Part shown: positions 1-13,982 of the stretch, piece after piece
Layout: each line of letters begins with the position of its first letter
Position numbering within the stretch: position 1 is the stretch's first letter
Source of the DNA: Trichoplax adhaerens
Lineage: Eukaryota > Animalia > Placozoa
Length of the DNA: 64,000 nt
Direction: 5' to 3'
Assembly: GCF_000150275.1 (NCBI RefSeq)
Contig: NW_002060946.1
Location: 3,367,454 to 3,431,453, forward strand
The notes under the pieces: model-generated
What the model was told of the DNA's origin: nothing
Databases searched by the model: none
Seen by the model: the letters and a program-made list of their open reading frames with translations, nothing else
Program-made: the position numbers and the translations under genes

Positions 1-75
1 TAGGGTGATGCGCTTTTTTAATTTAAAAAATATCTTTTATTTTAAACACATTTGTTACTTCATGAAACGCCCAAG

Positions 76-3000
76 TCTAATGCCATGGATTACCAAACGA
101 TCTGGGTCCATTTTACTGCTCCTAGATGGCATAGTGGTAATTTTAATTGTCAAAAATTTTAATACCGATGACGTATATATTCCGCTAGCCATCGTAATTA
201 TAAGAGATTTTCTAATATTTTACAAAGGCGAATTATCTCCCTATGAAGAGTTCTACGCGCGAATAAGTTGCAAACTGGACAGTAACTTTAATGGTATGCT
301 TTAACATATCAGTTTCACACTAAAGCGATTTGATCTATTAGCGCCTTTATAGAATCATTAGTATACTATTAACTAATCCTTACTATTTTCCTACAATAGA
401 CCTGGAATCAACTACATGCTTTCCATCTTTAGAAGTGAAAGCTCGTATTGGAATACCAAGACTGCATGTACCTCGCAGTTTACAAGTTAGTGTACAACGC
501 TTGCTTTAATAAATTAGCTTATACGACTATTATATTGCATATGTTTAAGTCTTTTGTAAAATCAATTTTTCTGTCGATCACCAATCATTCTCATAAATTT
601 TTATCAACATAAATTATGCAGAATATCAATCTTAGTTGCCCAATTGGTCAACAGGATAGTATTGAAGTACCACTAATGAACGCCGGTAGCATCAATAGCA
701 ACGTAGCAATAGCAGTTGATGGATACCGAGATTCATTTACGGCTATACCGAAATCATTGCATTTAGACACAGGAGAGGTAACTCGTAATTTAGATATTTT
801 TATTTAATTTAAATGGCGTTAATATTTTTTGCAAATTTCTGTTGCAGACAAAGTGCATTAGGATTACATTTTCTCCTACATCATACGTTCGTAGAATCGA
901 AGGGTAACTTTAAAATCATATACTGCCTTGCTTAAATGCCTTTTGATTTAACTGACCTTACGCTTTAATGAAATTACAGTCGTCTCATTTTGCATTGCCA
1001 ACCTTTTGGTCCTGACTATGAGCTTAACCTCTCCGGCTACACTCTGAAGAAACGAACAGATTCTGAGCAAATTAATATTCAACCTAGCAATACAAAGTCG
1101 GTATCGACTTCGTCTTCTTTATTTAAGATAAATTTTCAAATCATAACAAGCCCCTAGTTGTTTTCACCTAAAGCTTAATTCATCCTTTAACTATCCTAGC
1201 TTTCTATTATGTAACAAGTCATTAGTAGATTGGGGTTGTGTCAACCTTCAGCAAACTAAGTGAGTTCTGATGTGTTTCATTGATTTTTACTATTCGATGT
1301 GTTAATAAATACTCATAAGTTATGTCCGATGTGCAGGGAGCAGATTTTATCGCTGCGTAATTCGTCTGATTCCAGTTTAAGATTGAAGATGACTATCAAA
1401 GATGAACAATATTTCGCTGTATGGCTTGTGCTATTTGTTCCTTAAGATCTAGGCTGCAATCTATTAAAATGTATTAATATTAAAATTGAAACTTATTAAT
1501 GCCTTTAATAGCTACGAAATTCTATCACATATGAGAATCATGGCTCAAAGGACCCCTATTTCAGCATTAAACCGAAGGTTATTGTCACTATAACAATATC
1601 ATATTAAACTTTATCAATCACACTAAATACTTTATTGTGACGTTCTTACATAAACTTAATTTCGATCAAAATTTTTGTAAATGACTAATGGCATTCACAG
1701 GAGAACTATCATGTACGCATAGCATTTATTCCAAATGCTATTAAATTTTTCCGATCAGAATTGTTAATTACCTGCATGGAATCAAATACTGATTATCAGG
1801 TATAGTGTTGCTATTCGAAAGCCAACATTACATTTATTAGATTTTTTATCAATGCTAACTGCGTCTCATTTTACTAAATTAAAAACATCTAGATTCCTCT
1901 TCAAGGCTATGGTGGAACGTCTCAAATCGGTTTACTTGGTGTGCGCGAATTAGCTGATGGCTACTTTGCGAAATTGGACGAGGTAATGTAGATTCGAAAG
2001 GAAGATATACTGTCATTTCAATTTCTACAAATCGCATGCTTATTATTAGTACACAATATAGATTGTAACGCTTTATGTTTTTTATATTAGCTTAGCGCTA
2101 ATAGGTTAAGTGTTGTTAGATTTACAATTACCAATACTGGTGATCGAGCTGCTTTCGTAAAACTCATCGGCTACGACGGTAAGTTAATTGTGCAAGACCA
2201 TATTAGAACATACGAGTATAATTTCTGTACCATGTTTAAACGATTCATTCTTAACCGACTCTTCATTAGATGAACAAAAAACTAGAATTAGCGGCCTCGA
2301 TAGATTAGTTATCATACCAGATGAATTTGTCATAGCAGATAATGCTGAAAAGGTAACCATATTGATCTAAAATACTTATATGCATAATACTTGTATTTGT
2401 CGCAATTACGGTAAGATTTTATCAACCGGCGCAGCTTATGACTTTGATATTCATTTTTTTTATTAGACTTTTATAGTTGCAATACTTTCTATCACTAAGT
2501 TACGTTATATTTTTATAGAATATTGTTGTAAGATTTACTCCAAATCCTGAAGACATTGCAAGATGTAAACGTGGTATAACTTTGATGACAACAATTGTAG
2601 CTTACACTGGAGATGAGATTTGTAGACAGCGGTACATCAGGTATAGAAAGTATGACCATTTTAGTGTGAAAGCATTTTACAACTATGTATCGGTGGCAAA
2701 GTATGCTATCATTTGAGATTCAGTAATGGAGTTTCAATTTATCGCCGCACATCTGCAATTTTTAGATGCATAAGTTTATCTAAGAATCTTGTCGAGAGTA
2801 CGGAGAATGCAAACGATCAGAATTTTATTGCAACATTCAACAAAAACTATCAGGGGGAACGCCAGACTGACGGTAATTTTACTTATCGGGCGATATTGCA
2901 TATTTTAATAATTTAAGCTCCTATTAAACTATCTTGCATGTCTGATTTAGAAATAAGTGAATATGATGTGGCCGTAAACGACTACAATATCTCCAAATTA

Positions 3001-5796
3001 AACCTTCAAGAAAAAGCTATTTCTCTGATCGCATCTTCAACAGTAGGCGATGATTACATCTCAAAATTTCACAGTATAAGTAATTTGTCAAGCAAACAAT
3101 CGAGTGAACCTGAAATATCACTACAAAACATCAATCCCGTAAATCAACCTTCTGTAATGGCAAAACAAAATACCAATCCTGTAAGCCAATCCTCGCCAAG
3201 TATAGAGAAGATAAAACATGTAGGAAAACTTACGTGAATTTTTAGCGGTTTTCTTTGGTATAACACTTAAAATTTCATTCTCCCTCCCGCATTGTAGGAT
3301 GCTATACTAGAAACAGTCAGTCTAGAAGAAAAGATTCTGAGTGCAGAGAAAGACGACTTATTGATGCAACAGAATGAAAGTAGGCTTTCTTTTAACATAC
3401 ACTAGATCAATACATATCAATACGTCACATTGTTGTATGTAATAAAATTAAATCATCTCTTGATGGATCACAATAATGATAGAATCAAGCTGGACGTTGG
3501 ATCCGGAACAAATTATTTTAACAGCTCCAACTGTCGGTAAATAAGCTATTTTTACCTAATATAAGATTTGAATCGTTCATGTAAAATTCAATTTACTATC
3601 TTCTGATTTAATTAAATTTTTAGATAATTTTAAAAATATTGCAAGACTGCAAATGGCAAATCTTTCCAATCGTACTTTAAAGTAATTTTGCGTGTATTGC
3701 ATAATATCAAAGAGTAGCATACAAATACCGAATACCTAATTGATGAAGTTGCTAATATTACTAATTAACAATGTTTAAAATTAGATATGAAATGATATGG
3801 CCTGCACATTATTTAACAGTTACTCCAGAAAGTGGAACTATATCTCCAAAGTGGGTCATAAATTACACTTCCAAAATAGTATTTTAAATTCAAAACTCTT
3901 TGATTAAATAAATTCTTTCGTGCTTCAATACCAAATTCGAAACTTTCTATCGATTTTCTACAGAAGCCATTTGATGATCTTAGTGAGCACACGACCATCC
4001 TTAGCTACTACAACATTTGATTTACCTTGGTGTGGAATTTTATATGTTGTATGTGATGGCGCTCAAAAGGTATTCTAATATTAAAAATTTAAGTGTATAT
4101 TGGCCAACTCTTGCAAGATGCTTTTCATTTACATGATCTTAATACATGAGCAATCTGTGAATTAGTGTAAATATACTAGTTTTAAGTAAAGAATATTTTC
4201 TACTCGTAGGCCATTCGAATCCAAATCCGAGAAACCACTAATATTTCTCTTGACGATGAGAAAATGTCTACTAGGCCACCTATTAGTGGCCGCCGAACAA
4301 AATTTGGCATCGTACATAATGAAAAAAATACCACCACGGTAGCTGACAGAGTTTTAGATTTTCCAAACACGATCATCGGCAATGTATCCGGTAATATTGT
4401 TAATATCGTTTAAAATTCAGTTACAGAAATCTAGCCGATACTTTGACTAATATTTCATTTTTCGCTTTCTTAGAGACCAATTTTCACATCAGTAATTCTT
4501 CTACTATTCCTTTAAAATGGAACTTAACCTCACTGACTCCTGCATATATTAAGGTTAGATCAAGATGACTGGACGCATCTTTCACTAGCTACAGCCACGA
4601 GTTTGACATGCAGCATATTAAACATTATTATATCTAGGAGAATAAGACAGAGGAAGTTTATCGAACTGGCCATACGGCTTTTAACTTCAGTAATATCTAT
4701 GGCATATTAGACCGACACGATTCTATCACAGTAAAATGAATGCTATTACTTAGCAAACTTTTTTAATCGATATCTATATATTACCCAATATTTCTCTATT
4801 ATCTTATGGAACCGCACTTTATCCATATAGGTGAAAGTCAGATTTGCGCCTAACGAGATTGGTTGCTATTCCCAATTTTGGGATTTGGAGGTAAAAGAAA
4901 TTATGAGTGAACTGAGCCACAGTAGCTACTTGATATACTCATCATCTGATAGTATTTTCAATGTTTATAGTCTGACCTAATCTTTAATGATACCTTTAGA
5001 CTCAGCCTAGGGAATTCACTGGTATTTCTGAAAAACCCACGAAAACTAGAGTTCACTTGAAGGGAGAGGTATTAAAAATGATGCGGGTGCTTTTCACAGT
5101 GGTTTATTGGCTAGTACTTTATTTGCTATTATATATCGCTTTAGTGTATCAGAAGGATCAAAGAAAGGAAAATATCATTGCGATATCGAGATTACCTAAA
5201 AAGTGATGATGCGAAGGTTTCTTCAGAATCTATTAAGCTCAATCAAGAGCAAATTCTGACTACTATCCAGCAAAAGCAAGACGAGCCTACAAGGGATATG
5301 AAAGAAACATTGAATGATGAGAAAAGCAGTGAATCTCACAAGCGAAAAAATATATATTTTAAGGAAGAAAAGGTAGTATTCCCGAAAACTCTTATTGGTA
5401 AATCATCAACCATCAAAGTAAAATTATGTAACAGTGCAAAAGTACCACATATTGTAAGTATTAATCAAGTATCATTCGTATCTCGTTAAGTAATACTATA
5501 AATTGTGTATTACATTTTCCATTTTAATTGCTAGGTAACGGTTCTCACTCCGCCGATTCCCTTTTCTGTCAGACACCACTCCTTCACTATTAAGTATGGT
5601 TTCAAATGTCGATTTATTTCTATTATCACTTCTGTCCTAATACAGTTGCTATTATTTTATTTCTAGACCTAGACACTATATAAGACTACCCATTACTTAT
5701 GCCCCTACAAGAGCTAATTCTGAATCAAAGTGCTTTTTGGTCATCACAACAGCCTCAAATGAAACTGTTAATCTACAGTTATTTGGGTCTGCCTGA
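76..5796 (+). CDS. CEP192: Centrosomal protein of 192 kDa (Spd-2 family), C-terminal ASH/Ig-like domain region; multi-exon, 5' part lies left of the window
   Basis: GT-AG exons join in frame and give motifs typical of vertebrate CEP192: EEFYARISCKLDS, KARIGIPRLHVPRSLQ, IPLQGYGGTSQI, ITNTGDRAAFVK, GDEICRQRY, WTLDPEQLFL, IWPAHYLTVTPESG, PWCGILYVVCDG, LKWNLTSLTPAYIK, FAPNEIGCYSQFWDLE, FPKTLIGKSSTIKVKLCN, PRHYIRLPITYAP. Stop TGA at 5794-5796. Confidence 0.92.
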
Positions 5797-6079
5797 TAAA
5801 ATTTTAATTACAACCCATATAAATTATATCACCAACCGGAAAAAATTTTTAACTATGTAAGTTTCCGATAGACTAGCATTCCTATCGATGATCTATGCTA
5901 AAGCATTTTTGTTTTATTGTAGTACTGCTTCAGTATATGTAAAATAATAGCTGTCTACCGCAAAACTTTTTTTGATAGTAGAATAAAACTTAATATCACA
6001 GTAATATAATATTTAAGTTATATATGATATGTATTTTTTTCTGTTTGTAAGGTATATGATATAGTATACTTTATATCAA

Positions 6080-6700
6080 TAGTCAATATTATAGCGGTTT
6101 GGTACTCAAAATTATATCTCTTTCCTGACAAGATCTGGTATTTGCCTCGTAGAATATAAGTTATCCTCATTTGTTTCAATAATTTTGTGCTATCGATCTT
6201 TTTTGTACCAGCTTTATATAAGCAATTTTCTGTCTTTGATTTTAATTGTAAAGCAGCTAATACTGTAAACAGAATTTTATATCAATTGCCAATAACTTAT
6301 TTTATAGTACAAACTTCTGCGATCCATCGTCACAATTGTATTATATTTATACTTTTAATATCATGAATGGAATTAAAAAAATTTTATAGAGTAGACTGCT
6401 AGCCACTATTATAATATATAACCACTGTTTTATAGTTAATTTATGTTAAATCAATCCGTTATCATATTGAGCTTTGCTTAATTCATATTTTATTAATTAC
6501 ATAAATAAAGACTAAACTTTAACATCTCGTGAAAACATCGCTTGGTTATACTATGAGTGATCATTTTTAATTGTAGCAAACAAGATTAAGATCAACATTG
6601 ACTATGGCACTTTGAAATCCAAACTAGCACACCTGATATTAGACTGTTTCATTTCAGTAATGAATACCGACGAAAAGATAGATAAATGAGTATCAATTTA
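6080..6700 (-). pseudogene. BROMI/TBC1D32-like relic R1 (C-terminal TBC-like part)
   Basis: Minus-strand reads MITHSITKRCFHEMLKFS, IIQL*RWIAEVC and VIGN*YKILFTVLAALQL resemble TBC1D32 [30 protein letters not shown] and FLGPDYQVYICIAVFKHL in the same order; in-frame stops. Confidence 0.5.
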
Positions 6701-6926
6701 AGTGTATAATGCCTGAGGAGATCTAACTAGTTAAATTATTTGACGTATAATCATAAATTTTAATATGAGAAGGAGAAAATATAATACGTGATATTTCAAA
6801 AATAACGCATGGTATACATTGATTCTTTAATTTAGCTTTGTATTCATAACATCTCATATTTTAGATCAAATTTACAAAGGTAGCCGGTTCTATGAGGGAG
6901 ATATCAAATAGATATCCAAAGAATCT

Positions 6927-8094
6927 TTAGTAACATGCTTCTGGTGGCCATTTCAGCATTTTAGATAAACCACCGTAGCCTCTCGCATTTGGTGCGTAAC
7001 GACCATAAATCTCTAGATTGCATTGGCCTTGCGTAGATCGATGGCCAACTTCCTGAGAGGTAGTTTTCGGAAAGGGCTTCGCCGATTTAGACTGAACCTT
7101 ATTTTGGATTGGGGGTAGCTTAACAACATCTATACCTCCTGCATGACCTTTTTTCTCCATTTCTTTCCTCCTCTTTTCTCTTTCGTCATCAATCAACTAA
7201 AGACGATCAAAGTTTGAAATACAGAAAAATATTACCTAACTAAAATTGCTGTCATTTACCTGTTATAAGCTAACTATAACTATTATTGGTCATTTGATTA
7301 TAAGTACGAAACACTAATCTCAAGGATATTATACAACGTAAAAAATATATATGATATAATTTTCCTAATCTATACGCTACGGACAACCAGCCATATCAAA
7401 TAGACATTAGATAACTCGATATCAATACTCTTCATATAAAAAATACTCAATAACTTACTGCCTTGAAGCCTCCTCCTGTCAAAAAGCCCCACGTCTCTGG
7501 CCATCTTTTAGCGGCTCCCCTCTCCGCTAAGATATGATCACTCCTATAGTGCAAGATAATAAAATCAAATTCTTTAAATCTATGTTCCTTTTTAGAATTA
7601 AGAAATACGACAAATGGATTAAATAAGTAAAAATTAGATGATGAAAATTAGATCATTGCTTAAAATTTAAGTAAGCGGAAAATAGTTTTAAAGAAATTAC
7701 TAGCATTTTTTACTTATCTATTTTCTATATATTTGGAGTAAACAATACTCTTTAGCTGCTACTTGTATATTAAAAAGAGTACTAAGTTTACGATTCCTAT
7801 TTAAAATCGACTTAAGTTAAGAAAATGACGATGAACTAGAAAGAATAAATGTTAAAATTAATTTTTTTTCCTATATAGTATTCTAGTTCGCTATACTTGA
7901 AACATTTTTATTTAAGTAATTTATTTCCTTTATTGTGAATGATTTACAGCGGTACAATAAGCTGTTATAGCAATATTTTCACAATGTAATCTATCGTGTA
8001 TATCTATCCTGATATTTAACATAACGACTTTAGATTTATCTTACCATATCTGATTACGATGGACAAAATTTAGTTGATTTTTATAATTGACCAT
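6927..8094 (-). CDS. CIMIP1: Ciliary microtubule inner protein 1 (C20orf85/LLC1 family); 3 exons: 8094-8045, 7543-7459, 7196-6927
   Basis: Spliced product MVNYKNQLNFVHRNQIW-SDHILAERGAAKRWPETWGFLT...PFPKTTSQEVGHRS...LSKMLKWPPEACY matches the C20orf85 pattern (N.V..DEIW, EA...WP.NWGFLT, P.TT...IGWRS, ...L.WP). Canonical splice sites, phases consistent. Confidence 0.88.
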
Positions 8095-8268
8095 TGCAGC
8101 CTGGTACGACGCCTTTAAAGTAAAATAAAACGTTTGCGAATCCGATAACAGAAAGAGACCAGAAAATGAAGGGAGTTAAGTAATCAAGACTTGATATAAA
8201 GGATATCAGAATATGTAAAATTGGCACGATAATTTCGCGTTATATGAAGATGCTGCCTCCCGTGCCCT

Positions 8269-8282
8269 GTATCTCTAGTAAC
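8269..8282. promoter_or_regulatory. X-box-like (RFX) motif GTATCTCTAGTAAC
   Basis: Fits GTHNYY-NN-RRNAAC, about 175 bp upstream of the CIMIP1 ATG. Confidence 0.5.
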
Positions 8283-8467
8283 AATAATAATTACGTATAT
8301 GCGTAATTACCTTTTATAATGACAGATTCGCGTAATACATACGCGTCAGTAAAAACCTGTAGTACTACATATACTGTTCTCTATTCTATAACTTAAGTAA
8401 GAAGTCTACCTATCACTCAAGCAATAGCCAGTTGACAATAAGGAAAAGAGAAAAGTGCGTCGAAATA

Positions 8468-8481
8468 GTCTCCATGGTAAC
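8468..8481. promoter_or_regulatory. Canonical X-box (RFX) motif GTCTCCATGGTAAC
   Basis: Matches GTHNYY-AT-RRNAAC exactly; lies in the ~1.07 kb divergent interval between CIMIP1 and CCNDBP1. Confidence 0.75.
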
Positions 8482-8784
8482 GATGCCACATAATATTACC
8501 AAGCCACCCTACCCTGCTTTTGCTACGTTCTTAGGCCGACTATTCATGAAACAGTCCATTTCCACAGAGTACTGAGAAGAATTCAAACCTACTTCACCGA
8601 TATTAAGATATGAAGTGAAATTCTAGCTCAGCTAGTACCTTTATATCAGGGACTACAGATGATAAACGATGATTCGATAGGCCGCACCGCATAAGAAATT
8701 TAATTCCATGAGTCTCCAATTAACCATGTATGTTACTATACAGACGTACAGACAAATCCGCCAAGCACCGCAGTTTGTGTCTCT

Positions 8785-8897
8785 TGACAGTACAGTGTAC
8801 AGTGTACAGTATCATGAACGTGTACTGTACAGGATAGTACTGTAGCGTTTTCTTCTACTGTACTGTACGGAGTGTATAGTAGATACAGTATAGTATG
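8785..8897. repeat. Cluster of (G)TACAG/CTGTAC short repeats
   Basis: acagtacagtgtacagtgtacagta...gtgtactgtacagg...tagtactgtagc...tactgtactgtacgg...tacagtatagtat: about ten copies in both orientations. Confidence 0.6.
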
Positions 8898-9165
8898 GTG
8901 ACAACTTATTTGCACAGTCAAGTGATAATAAAAACAAGAGTAGGCGTTATGATGACGCCTTGTGGTCAGAACTACAGTACAATAACCGGGCAGATAGGCA
9001 CATTTCCTACAACTTGTAATTGCAGCTTTGCCCAGCCCACCAGCTTGAAGATGCAGTGATGGTCGATTTCAGTTCATGATTAGTAATAATTAGATGCAAG
9101 GAATACCTTGAAGGCGAATTTCTAGACTTCATTATTTCTATAGTGTATTTCTGGCTTTATTAGAT

Positions 9166-12100
9166 ATGGCTAATACATCAACGAGTAGCGAAGAACAATC
9201 AACATTAGATGCTTTCCTAGATAGAATTCAAGTTGTCAGCGATGAATTGCAAAGTTAGTAAAACTTTCATTTTGTTTCTCATTTTCTTGGTATGTCCGAT
9301 GTTGACATGCATACGTTGCTACCTTAGATAGGTGATAATATTTACGTACATGTATTCAACTAACATTGACTTATTAGGAAGCAGCAGCGAGCCTCGATTG
9401 ACGACCAATAATCCTGAATTTAACCTGACGTCGTTTTGGCAAACTCTACGTATGTTTATACACCATTTGCAACTTTGCGTATTTCTAGCTTTACCTCAAC
9501 AAGGATTATCGTCTAGTTTTACCAAATGAATATTGTATCAAGCTTATTTAAGTAGAGCTAACGGATCTAAGCAGTAATTTTATTCTTAATTGTGTTTAGA
9601 TCTTAAATCTGTTATATAGCAGCATATAGCTATTCTGCGGTACTAATATACAAACTATTTATATACCAAACTTACAATTATCTGTTTGCCTTTTGCTCGT
9701 GCTAATAAACTATGAGAATCGTTAAAAAAAAATAAGACGAGATTAAGCCGATTAACTGCTTAATCTGATCTTATGCGATAGCGCATCGTAGCTGTCCTTC
9801 AATAACCTTTAACAATGTTATTTCCTCTTATAACATTATCATTTACAGTGTCCTATGTTCAAAATCTATCAACGCAAACCCTTAAACTATGTATTGTGTG
9901 GTCCAAGCCTCCCTACCCTTCGGGCAAGGTATCCAACCAATGCGTTTAGTCTATTCATACGCTTACTGTACGCATAACTATATGTGTATGGCTCACGAAA
10001 TCATCTTTACCTACAATTAATATTTATATACTGTACTTATATAGTTTGACAGAAAGATTGAATTTGCCAACCGCTATAGTGCCTCTCTTGCTTGCACATT
10101 CGTATAATACTTGTATATCATTCATGGTCAATAGTCACTATATTGTGTCGAGCACCTTAATCTTTGAAAACCGATAAATGTTTTTAGCTTAATTCACATC
10201 TGTCTACTAAATTATAAGTAAACTGTAGTCAAATTAGAGTTATCAACCGATAAATCAGCTGCCTCTACTAATAATTACTTTTGCAGGTACAAATTTATAA
10301 ATCTAACGCAGTTAATAGCTTCATATTTGTTGCATAACAGATTTGTACGATTAGGAACAACTTACTGATAATCATCTGATTTATTTGAAATGTTTTTAAA
10401 TAATCTAATAGTTGCATTATGTTTATCAGTAGCAATGTACAACTACATTATTCAACCAACCTCAGTCTGATAGATATATCTTTTCGAATTTGTTATAGGA
10501 ACTAAATGAACTAATCACACCGATGGAATTAACTCTGTTTGGTGTTGCATCTTCATTTTACAGTTATCATCGATCCGCAGGTTGATATGCTCGTATACAC
10601 AATATTTTTATATGTATAAGTTGTTATGCATGCTTCCTATTGGCTGTTGTAATGATAAATTGAATCAGAAATTTACTTCTGCTAACAATTTTTAACTAAT
10701 ATATATTTGGACATTAGGATTAACATTATACAAGCTTATCCATGGCAATGTCGCGATAACTGTATCTAACCTTCATTCTTTCATTTCTTTAACGAGTGAG
10801 ATACCGAACAAAAGGTAGGAATAACTTCGTATAGAATCAGTTATTCCCTCTATTAATTGTTTACATTTTATACATAGTATCTTGTTTGCGTTGTTATTTG
10901 TAAATTATACTTTGTTTCATTATAAATAAAATGAATTTGATAAGGCCAACAAATACTTTAATCATAGCATATTTGTGTGACTCCAGCAATAATAGTAAAC
11001 AAATTGCCTATGCAGCTGAAAAAGTAGTCGAAGCGTGCGAAAATCTAGAAAAAATGCAAAAAGGTATGTATGTAACACACTCGTATGTGCTATTGCGTAT
11101 CAAGATTATACTAATAAATCGCCCTACCTCCATTCATTGATATGCACTTAAAATAAGAATCTAACACCGTGTATTTCTTTACTTTCGAAACTAGATAATG
11201 TGCAAGCTTGCTTACATGTAATAAAATCTTCAAAAGATTTGTGTAAGGATGCTTTGATCGAAGCTCAACAGGTTTTTACGCCTTTTCAAATATAACCTCT
11301 GTAGTCTATTAATGCAACTCTTTAGTTACGGAAAGTAGATGTACTTAAAAGCACCCTTTCTCCTCATCTAGGCCATTGTGGATAATGGAGATGATGGCAG
11401 TGGAAGCACTTGGTCTTCTAAAGATAAAAACATTGCGTACGCTACTGTTGGATTAATGAAAGTAAAACTCTTATTTAAACCTGTGATTGAATCATGCTAA
11501 AATGATATAAAGTATACCTTACTGAGTATTTTCGTTGGATTAATGAAATTGATCGACTAGGTTACAACTGCCACCTTAAATAAATTATCGTCTACAATAA
11601 AAGCGAGTGGTTTCAGTTCCAACGAAAGCCACAACCGTGATTTAGACAACTTGACATTAAACACTGATCAACTTAGTCCTCGGTAATGGGTCTACTACAT
11701 TAATTAGCTCATAATATATAGTGCCTGTATTACAGATTTCTACGATCTTTGCTTAAGATTAATTTCGACACGTTCAGAATTACACAACTGTAACTTTATT
11801 GCTTACATATATTCGTTAGCTTGGATAATTTGGTCATAAGCCTTTACGCTCCTGTAACTTATGAAAATGTAGAAACTTGTGTAAGTTTCATTGTTCCTAC
11901 GATTGTTTCTACCATATGGTTTATTCCTAATCAGCGTAGTCGAAAAAATTTTATTTGCTTAACGATATTGACAACACTAATAAAACGTTGTTCTATTTAA
12001 TGTATCATTACATGCAGGCTTTGGACCTACACGATTGTATCCTAAATATTTTACAATTTACTAGGTAAGTTTTTAATTGAATATATGCTACAAAAAAGGC

Positions 12101-12762
12101 GAATTTGCCGTATTATTGATTATGTTACTGATGTAATACTGTAATATGAGTAGTTCGTAACAGCATTACAGTATCATGTACTAAGATAAGGCAAGACATT
12201 ATAATTGATCAAAATATTTATTACAGTATAAGCCTTAGACTAAAAGCCAGTGCAATTAGTACGGTTATATCAAAATACTCACGCTGATTAATTACTTCAG
12301 CCGTAAATAACATGGGAGTCGGGTTATTAACATGTACATTTTCTTGTACGCAAGGACGATTTGCTATTTTTTTTAATTTTATAAAACAATGAAGTAAAGC
12401 TTTGACTCTGTATTCATTTAACATCTAAGGTATCCACTAAGCTAGGAATGTAACTGATTAGTTCAAACAGTATGCAGCACAATAAAAAGTCACGATGTAT
12501 CTAATATATTAGATTGCGTGTACTTTGGTGTTCTTTAACCCCACTCATATCTGTTAACAGCAATGGGTATAATATAAAGTTTACTCTATCATATAATGCT
12601 AAAATATGTAATTCTGATCGATTTCTATGAACGTTGGGAAACATTTATTTCATGACATTACATAGTATAGACCGTCTTACTCAACTAAGCGCCATATCAT
12701 CAGTAGTAGCCAGTACAGTACAAATCGCAGTATTCAAGATACATAAAAGATTAACAGATTAG
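9166..12762 (+). CDS. CCNDBP1: Cyclin-D1-binding protein 1 (GCIP family); multi-exon, last exon (12666-12762) tentative
   Basis: Joined exons give EFNLTSFWQTL, VWSKPPYPS, GLTLYKLIHG, KVVEACENL..DNVQACL, KDALIEAQQA, WSSKDK, LDNL...DQLSPSLDNLVISLYAP, matching GCIP motifs (EFNREMFW, FSQLPLPS, GITLRKL, VWVAC..PRDN, KDAHEEM, WSEDD, ISPSVDDLALSIYPP). Confidence 0.88.
10030..10450 (+). pseudogene. BROMI-like relic R2 inside a CCNDBP1 intron
   Basis: PTAIVPLLLAHSYNTCISFMVNSHY resembles [24 protein letters not shown]; downstream IYKSNAVNSFIFVA* resembles LKKSGFINELITELW. Confidence 0.5.
12220..12430 (-). pseudogene. BROMI-like relic R3 inside the last CCNDBP1 intron
   Basis: ORF 12221-12424 contains KALLHCFIKLKKIAN, similar to TALIHIA.ILARIAS; a single motif only. 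Confidence 0.35.
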
Positions 12763-13629
12763 AAATATATATAACTCAGTATGAAAGTGCACATACATAG
12801 ACAAAATTATTTTAAATCATTTATGGGATGAGATAAATATATTGTATGATGTTTATAGATGATAATCTGTATTTATTAAAATAAGTAGAATAGGCATATA
12901 CTGTATGTACAATTGTACATACAGCACGTAGTAAGAAAAGAATAATTAAATTTTAAGAATTAAGCTATCTTGTTGCAAATTACTGTAAAGATCATTCAAA
13001 TCTGTATCTCTTTTAGGGCATCTTACTTTTGTAAAGAGGCTGATATGGAATGGATAAGTTTTTTAGAAAATGCTTGCAAGCATAATATAGAAAAAGTGAA
13101 AACCACCGTTCAAGGAAAGTGATCCATTGGTCACCATAACCACTCCTACTATTATTGGCAGTCAGAAGTTGTATGCAGAGCATGATTTCATGTATAGCCA
13201 TTACGGTTTCATCAGTTATAAATTGTTTTAAAAGTTGATTACTAATTTGAAATATAAGTTAATGATTTCAAATTCCAGATTGATAGGCAAGTCTGATGAT
13301 ATCTGTTGATGTTAAAATTGATAAAAACCAGTAAAAAACAAAACGGGGTTAATCATTTTTACCGCATGCTGCAAATAAAAAGCGTACCAACGTAGTCATA
13401 TCATTTTTTGATAACATATAATAAAAGAATTTTATCTTCTAAACAGGAAGAAATTCTTATGCATGATGTTTGTTTCTCAAATTTGAAATGTTACATTCGT
13501 TATTTAAATAGTTTAGTTGGAGAGTGCAGGGGTAGTAACTAGCTTATTTCATATTGGGAAATAAACAGAAGTAATTATTCTGTATTCTCTCACCATGTCT
13601 ATGCTATGCCAAGTAATCGCAGCTACAAC

Positions 13630-13982
13630 NNNNNNNNNNNNNNNNNNNNNNNNNNNNNNNNNNNNNNNNNNNNNNNNNNNNNNNNNNNNNNNNNNNNNNN
13701 NNNNNNNNNNNNNNNNNNNNNNNNNNNNNNNNNNNNNNNNNNNNNNNNNNNNNNNNNNNNNNNNNNNNNNNNNNNNNNNNNNNNNNNNNNNNNNNNNNNN
13801 NNNNNNNNNNNNNNNNNNNNNNNNNNNNNNNNNNNNNNNNNNNNNNNNNNNNNNNNNNNNNNNNNNNNNNNNNNNNNNNNNNNNNNNNNNNNNNNNNNNN
13901 NNNNNNNNNNNNNNNNNNNNNNNNNNNNNNNNNNNNNNNNNNNNNNNNNNNNNNNNNNNNNNNNNNNNNNNNNNNNNNNNNN
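13630..13982. other. Assembly gap (353 N)
   Basis: Run of N; the ORFs spanning it are artefacts. Confidence 0.99.

Noticed and set aside
1098-1199. Possible U12-type intron in CEP192 (tcctttaac near the acceptor); also GTATCC donor at 9929 in CCNDBP1
   Set aside because: Donors do not match RTATCCTT; reading frame requires the GTCGGT donor, and the CCNDBP1 intron has no U12 branch site.
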